Assembly: GCF_006345805.1 (NCBI RefSeq)
Contig: NC_042998.1
Coordinates: 55,304,001-55,368,000, forward strand
DNA: 64,000 nucleotides
Direction of reading: 5' to 3'
Origin: Octopus sinensis
Taxonomy: Eukaryota
A model generated the notes under the pieces. That model worked only from the letters and a program-made list of their open reading frames with translations. It was not told the DNA's origin and did not search any database. The position numbers and the translations under genes are program-made. Numbering within the stretch: position 1 is the stretch's first letter; each line of letters begins with the position of its first letter. Below, piece after piece: positions 57,044 through 64,000 of this stretch.

Positions 57044-57637
57044 AATATATATTATATATATATATATATATAGATAATATATATATATATATATATACAC
57101 ACTATATGTATATATGTATGTATTTATGTTCTTTTTTTAGTTTGGCTTAGCTGGAGCACTCTCTTTAAAATATATGCACGAAAATTTGAAACAAACATTA
57201 AGTCTGTTAAATGCTTTACATGTCTCAATATATCTAAACTATGTCTATGTGAGAGTTTAAGTGAAACGTGAAATGGCATTTTCTGCTTATTTATATTTTT
57301 GGTTATTTGGTAACAACATAAAAGACATAAAAGTAAACAACATCTAAATAAAAAATAAACGAGAAAAAATTTGTGGAGGAAAAAAAAAGGCTCCATCTAA
57401 GTGTTACATAAAGGTATATATCAGCCGTCTCTACTGCCATCAAAGATGATGAAAAACTTCTTGATGAGTTTACCTCGCTAATATGAACCCATTTCAGAGA
57501 AAGTAATCAATGTAACAATGTAGAATACCTGTACAAACACACACACACACCACACACACACACACACACGCATACTTCGGTATACATAGAAAGATATATG
57601 TATATATATATATATACGTGTAGGTATATAAAACAGC

Positions 57638-57758
<121 letters not shown>

Positions 57759-58409
57759 ATTATGTATGTATGTATGTATGTATGTATGTATATGTATATA
57801 AGCGTCAAACTAGGACACCTTTTTGCTGTTCCCTCACCTGTCTCAGTCTTCTTTTTCTTTGTTTTTGGTATATTTGAACCATATGCGTGTGTGTATGTAT
57901 GTATGTACGTACGTATTTGTGTGTGTATGTATATATGCAAAAGTACGAAAGTGTTGAATAAGACGAGTAAGTAGTATGGTAAGCCTGTAAAGAACGAAAG
58001 GTATAAAAAACGATTTCCTACAAAAACGCAGGGACACACATTGAGATTTTTGTGGAAAAGGTGGGGGTAAGTGTAGGACCTCGGTAGACTAATGTTGACG
58101 ATGCATCTTTCATCTACCTGTACTTGCGGTGACATTCATTTGGGATTATCTGATGGTGCTCCGACCAACGAGTCATGTTCGGATTTCAATGGGAATACCA
58201 GTTTCCATGTATGGAAACTTCCGGCCAGACAAGAACGTACACACTTTGGGATAGTGTGATCCGTAACAGCTCCTCTAACTGTTGATTGTTGACCTTTGCA
58301 GAAGATTCGCTGACCAAGTCATTGCTGATTATGGAAGCAGAAGTGGCTTCAATAATCAACTTGAAGCAGGTTCTAGAGACATGCTTTAAAAGCTAAGGAG
58401 TGGCTCACG

Positions 58410-58580
58410 ACGGGCTTATACGACGGGCTTTTTTCAGTTTCCGCCTACCAAATCCACTCACAAGGTTTTGGTCAGCCTGAGGCTATATTAGAAGACACTT
58501 GCCCAAGGTACTACGCAGTGGGACTGAACCCGGAACCATGTGGTTGGGAAGCAAGCTTCTTACCACACTGCCACGCCTGC
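58410..58580 (-). mobile_element. SINE family B head
   Basis: Matches the 5' half of the 47845-48245 copy. Confidence 0.85.
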
Positions 58581-59949
58581 GTCTATAAAAAAGAAGCAGA
58601 CCAGCCACCGGATGCCGAAACCCACACAACATATCTAGGCATGTGCTGTAGTTTTGTTGGGAAGACAGGTAGTTGCTGCAGCACGCAAGTTCCTTCGCTG
58701 TTTTTCCAAGTGAAAGGGCGCCGACTTTAACCGATACAGCTTGGCACCAACTTCGTCACAAACTTTGATGAGAGAACGTAAAAATCCGAGACAGATATGG
58801 CAAAGCATTCATCCTCAATTCTTCTAACCGTTTAGTCAATCTACTGCTCCGGATTAGAACTGTTATGTAACTGTAAGCATGAATGGTACAGTCGACTTTC
58901 ACAAATTTGAACTCGGACCACAAAAAAATCGAAACTATAGCAAAGAATCGATGCTCTAGTCATTCTGTTATTCTGATTAGACAGACACACAGACAACCAT
59001 ACAGACAGATAGATAGATAGATAGAGAGAGAGAGGGGGGGGAGTTAGAGAGAGAGAATGAGAGAGAGATTTGAAAAGATCTGAGAAAGAAAAGTTTCTAG
59101 GGCCTTATATATTGTATCATCGTTGCCGTTGTTGCATAAACATAAAATATTGCTGATACTTGCTCGGCCGAATATAGTTTCATGTTCTGCTCAATTAACT
59201 GTATCTCAATTGGGTGGTTCCGAAGAGTATGTAGTTAGATTTCACTAAAGAAACTCGCCAACTGCTCGTTACCATTTCTAAATATCAAGTATGTTATGAG
59301 AATATGTTGTTACTTTTTGTTTCGCTATGGCTGATAATGCCAATATTCCTGCTGTTGTTGCTGCTGTCGTCGTGATCGTCGTCGTAGTTGTTGTTATTGT
59401 TGTTGTTGTTGTTGTGTTTACTTCAGCAAGTTTCCAATACCTTTGTTGCATTTTAACAGCGTTACTGTTACTTGATGTTGTTATTGTTTTTAATGTTTTT
59501 TTTTTTTTTTTTTTTGTTTTTTACTTTGGGGATTTGTCGGCAGTTTCTGAGATTTTTCTTGTAAATTATTGGTAGTGCCAGAAAGATGATAGAGTTGGCA
59601 GAAACGGTAAATCATAGCAAAGAATGATACTTTCATACACCAGATTTGTGACATCTCGTTTTTGTAAGCTAAAAGTGCTTTTTTTTTCTTCTTGTTAGAT
59701 ACATAATATTTAAAAACGCCATAATACTTCACTATCCATTTCTTCCAACCAAAGTTCCTAAAATACGCATTGCACTTGTAGTTTTCTATCAGCTCAGATG
59801 TGATCGAGCATATCAATGATCATTGATACTCAAGTTGTAACCATCACACCATATTTTTTTATACAGTGTAAGAAGTAATCCGTAATATAATGTGTATTTC
59901 CTTTTAAAGATGATAAAGTGTTCGGACATCTAGAAGAAGGAGGTGCTTA

Positions 59950-60455
59950 TATTCTTTTCTACTCAAGGCACAAGGCCCGAAAGTTTTGGGGAGGGAACCA
60001 GACGATTAGATCTACCCCAGTACACAGCTGGTACTTAATTATCGACCCCGAAAGGATGAAAGGCAAAGTCGACCTCGGCAGAATTTGAACTTAGAACGTA
60101 AAGATGGACGAAATGCCGCTAAGCATTTCGACCGGCGTGCTAACGTTTCTTATTTCTTTATTGCCCACAAGGGGCTAAACATACAGGGAACAAAAAGGAC
60201 AGACAAACGGATTAAGTCGATTACATCGACCCCAGTGAGTAACTGGCACTTTATTTATCGACCCTGAAAGGATGAAAGGCAAAGGCGACCACGGCGGAAT
60301 TTGAACCCAGAACGTTAAGCAGATGAACTACCGCTAAGCAAAAATGATGAAAGGCACAGTCGACTAAGCCTCATTTGAACTCGGAATATAAAGAAATGAT
60401 ATTAAATATGATTTTTTTTTGAAGCCCTAAAGATACGGCCACCTCGCCACCTTCA
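59950..60455 (-). mobile_element. Three stacked SINE family A copies (59950-60150 tail a, 60151-60340 tail b, 60345-60455 partial)
   Basis: Repeated central domain; the tail-b copy ends directly inside the head of the first. Confidence 0.8.
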
Positions 60456-60780
60456 TGCAGTGATAACATAAGGAACAGGATTATATAGAATATTTTCACA
60501 CCATCTCCTACAAAATACATATCTGTAATTGGTATTCATATTAGATGCTATCACTATTGCAATTTCGCGCTAAGTTCTTGTCGAGCGAAGTCTGCAGTCC
60601 ATTTTAATTCCCAGTTGGCAATGAGTTCACTGAACCGCAGCTTAATTGGGGGAGTGTTGAGTGAGGGGGGAAGCTATAAAATTAGTTTGAAAATTCATGC
60701 ACAACCTAAACTTCATCTTAGACTCTTTATGTTAGTTCTCATTCTCTAGATGTATGATGCATGTATATATATATAGTATA

Positions 60781-60841
60781 TATATACGTGTGTGTGTGTG
60801 AATGTGTGTGTGTATATATAATATATATATATATATATTAT

Positions 60842-60894
<53 letters not shown>

Positions 60895-61117
60895 GTAAGT
60901 ATGTATGTATGTATGTTATGTATGTGTTATTATGTATGTATGTGTGTATATGAAGAAAATGATTAGAATGGCTCTTTTGATAATTTTGTTTCCACTTTCA
61001 TGATTAGATTTTAGAAATTATTAGCTGTTAAAGTGGAAAAATTATCAGAGAAGCCATTTTCTATATGTTTGTTCAAATATATAATACTATACCAAGGACT
61101 TTCGATTTCTAATTCTA

Positions 61118-61194
<77 letters not shown>

Positions 61195-61373
61195 TAGATA
61201 GATATACATACATATATATATATTATATATATCTATCTATATATATGCATAATATGTATATATATATATATTATATGTATTTGTATATACATATCTATAT
61301 ACATGTATGTGCATATATATATATATGATGTGTGTATGTGTGTGTGTGAATGTGTGTGGTGTAATATAAATAT

Positions 61374-61410
<37 letters not shown>

Positions 61411-61674
61411 CTATAGATATATATATGTATGTATGTATGTAAGTTATGTATGTATGTATGTATGTATGTGTGTATTTATGTATGTAAATGTGGTGTATAT
61501 GAAGAAAATGATTAGAAATGGCTCTTTTGATAATTTTTCCACTTTCATGATTAGATTTTAGAAATTATTAGCTGTTAAAGTGGAAAAATATCAGAGAAGC
61601 CATTTCTATTATTTTGGTTCAAATATATAATACTATACACCGAGACTTTCGATTTCTAATTCTAATATATATAT

Positions 61675-61742
<68 letters not shown>

Positions 61743-61862
61743 AGATAGATATACATCATATATATATATTATATATATATCTCATCTATATATATGCATA
61801 ATATGTATATATATATATATTATATGTATTTGTATATACATATCTAATACATGTATGTGCAT
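60781..61862. repeat. Tandem duplication, ~540-bp unit x2, each unit with a ~30-bp-stem hairpin
   Basis: Unique cores 60950-61110 and 61497-61660 are nearly identical, and the flanking microsatellites recur in the same order. Confidence 0.9.
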
Positions 61863-62149
61863 ATATATATATATGTATGTGTGTATGTGTGTGTGTGAAT
61901 ATATGTCTGTGTATATATATGTGTGTGTGCATAAATGTATAACATGCACATATACACAAATATAAATATATAATCTGAGCGTATATCACTGTGCGCATAT
62001 AATATCGCTCCCATTTATGTATATATGAATATATATGTGTGAGTGTGTGTGTGTGTGTGTGTGTGTTTATGTATGTATGTATGTATGTATGTATGTATGA
62101 TGTATGTATGTATGTATGTATGAAATGTATGTATGTATGTATGTATATG

Positions 62150-62356
62150 TTTGTGTCTGTTGTTCCGCCACATGCGCTTGACAACCGATGTTGGTGTGTT
62201 TACGTCCCTGCAAATTAGCGGTTCGGCAAAAGTTAACGATAGAATAAGTACTAAGCTTACAAAGAATAAGTCCTGGGGTCGATTTCTTCGAGTAAAGGTG
62301 GTGCTCCAGCATGGCCGCAGTCAAATGACTGAAACAAATAAAAGAATAAAGGAATA
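62150..62356 (+). mobile_element. SINE family B 3' part
   Basis: GCTTGACAACCGATGTTGG...GGTGCTCCAGCATGGCCGCAGTCAAATGACTGAAAC. Confidence 0.85.
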
Positions 62357-62466
62357 TATATATATATTTATATATATCAGCAACAATTTAGATTCAAATG
62401 AATATGGTACTTAATTTAGATGCACCAGAATCTTGTATGGTGTTACCCATAAAAATTTGCGGGGTG

Positions 62467-62534
62467 ATTATAATCAAAAATAAGCAAGAAGAATGACTCC
62501 GGAGTCATTCTTGTTGCTTATTTTTGATTATAAT
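62467..62534. repeat. 68-bp spacer-less palindrome (33/34 pairs)
   Basis: ATTATAATCAAAAATAAGCAAGAAGAATGACTCC|GGAGTCATTCTTGTTGCTTATTTTTGATTATAAT. Confidence 0.95.
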
Positions 62535-62718
62535 ATATATATATATATATAATGTGAAAACGTATATATTTTGTATGTATATATACGTGTGCTCATATAT
62601 ATATATATATGTGTGTATATATGTATTTATGTATGTATGTATGTATGTATGTATGTATGTATGTATGTATGTATGCATGTATGCATGTATGTATGTATGA
62701 GTGTGCTTGTGTGTGTGC

Positions 62719-62831
<113 letters not shown>

Positions 62832-63375
62832 TTTGTATTATAGAATCATACACATATCTTCTGAAAATATATGCACTACGCACATGAAACGAATCAACAA
62901 CATCGAGTCCTGTGTTGCGCGTTGCTATTGACTTTGAAGGACGAGTTAGGTTTAAAGCATTTAGTAATTCATAATATACGCTAACTACATTTAATTTTGA
63001 GGCATATTCAATTGACCTTGCTGTAACATAACACGAAACACAATCTATAAACAGATTGAAACTTATTTCTGAAATATATAAACAAAAACCGGATGATATT
63101 TAGCGCATGAATTTCTCATGTATTCATATCACGTGTTCCAATTTACTCAAACGAAATGTGTGTGTACATATACGTATACACACATACACACACACACACA
63201 TTCTCTCACACAGACACACACATGTTGTTAGATTTATATAAACTTTCGCACGCATACGTAAATTCTGTCTTTGTATTTGTACAAGAAATATATGTATATA
63301 TATATAAATCTATGAATGCATATACACGTATGTACGTATGTGTGTATACATACATACATACATATATATATGGTG

Positions 63376-63418
<43 letters not shown>

Positions 63419-64000
63419 TACACGCACACATGCATAGATAAACGCACTCAAATATATATATAAACATATATATATATAGACATACATTGCACTTATATTA
63501 ATGAATGTGTGTGTGCGTCCGTACATATGTTTGTGTGTGCGTTCGTACATGTGTTTGTGTGTGTGTGTGGTGTGTATATATATATGCGTGTGTGAGTGTG
63601 CGCGCGCGCATATACGCGGGCTAGTGTATGCCGTTGTGCAGAAACTTACATTCATAAATAAATAGAACCATTCAGTGCCTCTAAGAGAAATTTGGGATGG
63701 CAGAACAACACTCTATTGACGCTCCAGGAATTTATGGGTCTAGAAGGTTTTTTTTCTTGAATGGGAAATGGCAAATAGTCATGCTCACATGCTTGGGTCT
63801 TCAGGCTTCGAACCGATGTACATGTTAAGCACCCTTCTTATAACCCTGCTTACATGTAAGTGCGTTTGTATATATACGTAGATATTTGGCGATATAACTT
63901 GTATACGTCACAAACTATCAATGTATTCGTATATTCGCCATTTAAATATGGCTAACCCCTAAGGGTGGATGCTACTGTAGCCAGCTGGAGGAGGTGTCCT

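Noticed and set aside
58250-58400. Exon-like island (RFADQVIADYGSRSGFNNQLEAG or EDSLTKSLLIMEAEVASIINLKQ) after a good acceptor
   Set aside because: Weak donor, two equally open frames, no recognisable protein
58600-58800. Possible mariner remnant (KVC.KLVP-like) on the minus strand
   Set aside because: Only one short frameshifted motif and no TIRs

Overview
Repeat-saturated, AT-rich eukaryotic (animal) DNA. I found no recognisable host protein-coding exon, rRNA, true tRNA or CRISPR array; nearly all ORF-track entries are microsatellite or transposon translations. The SINE families and microsatellite density point to an octopod cephalopod (inference, not verified). Contents: at least five tRNA-headed SINE-like families; decayed LINEs of the RTE/BovB, CR1 and R4/Dong types; several Penelope-like element (PLE) GIY-YIG relics; two Helitron fragments; two maT-type (DD37D-like) Tc1/mariner remnants with TIRs; a hAT-type MITE with an 8-bp TSD; a 100-N gap; and a ~540-bp tandem duplication. 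The most notable signal is about nine minimal type-I hammerhead ribozyme (HHR) motifs with palindromic stem III, several directly 3' of PLE endonuclease ends. Two pairs sit in head-to-head fold-back duplications (35.4-36.1 kb and 53.6-54.1 kb). The first pair belongs to a tRNA-headed (Pol III box A/B) element carrying an intact HHR, a candidate Pol III-transcribed, self-cleaving, PLE-mobilised element. All coordinates and pairings were read by eye and may be off by a few bases.
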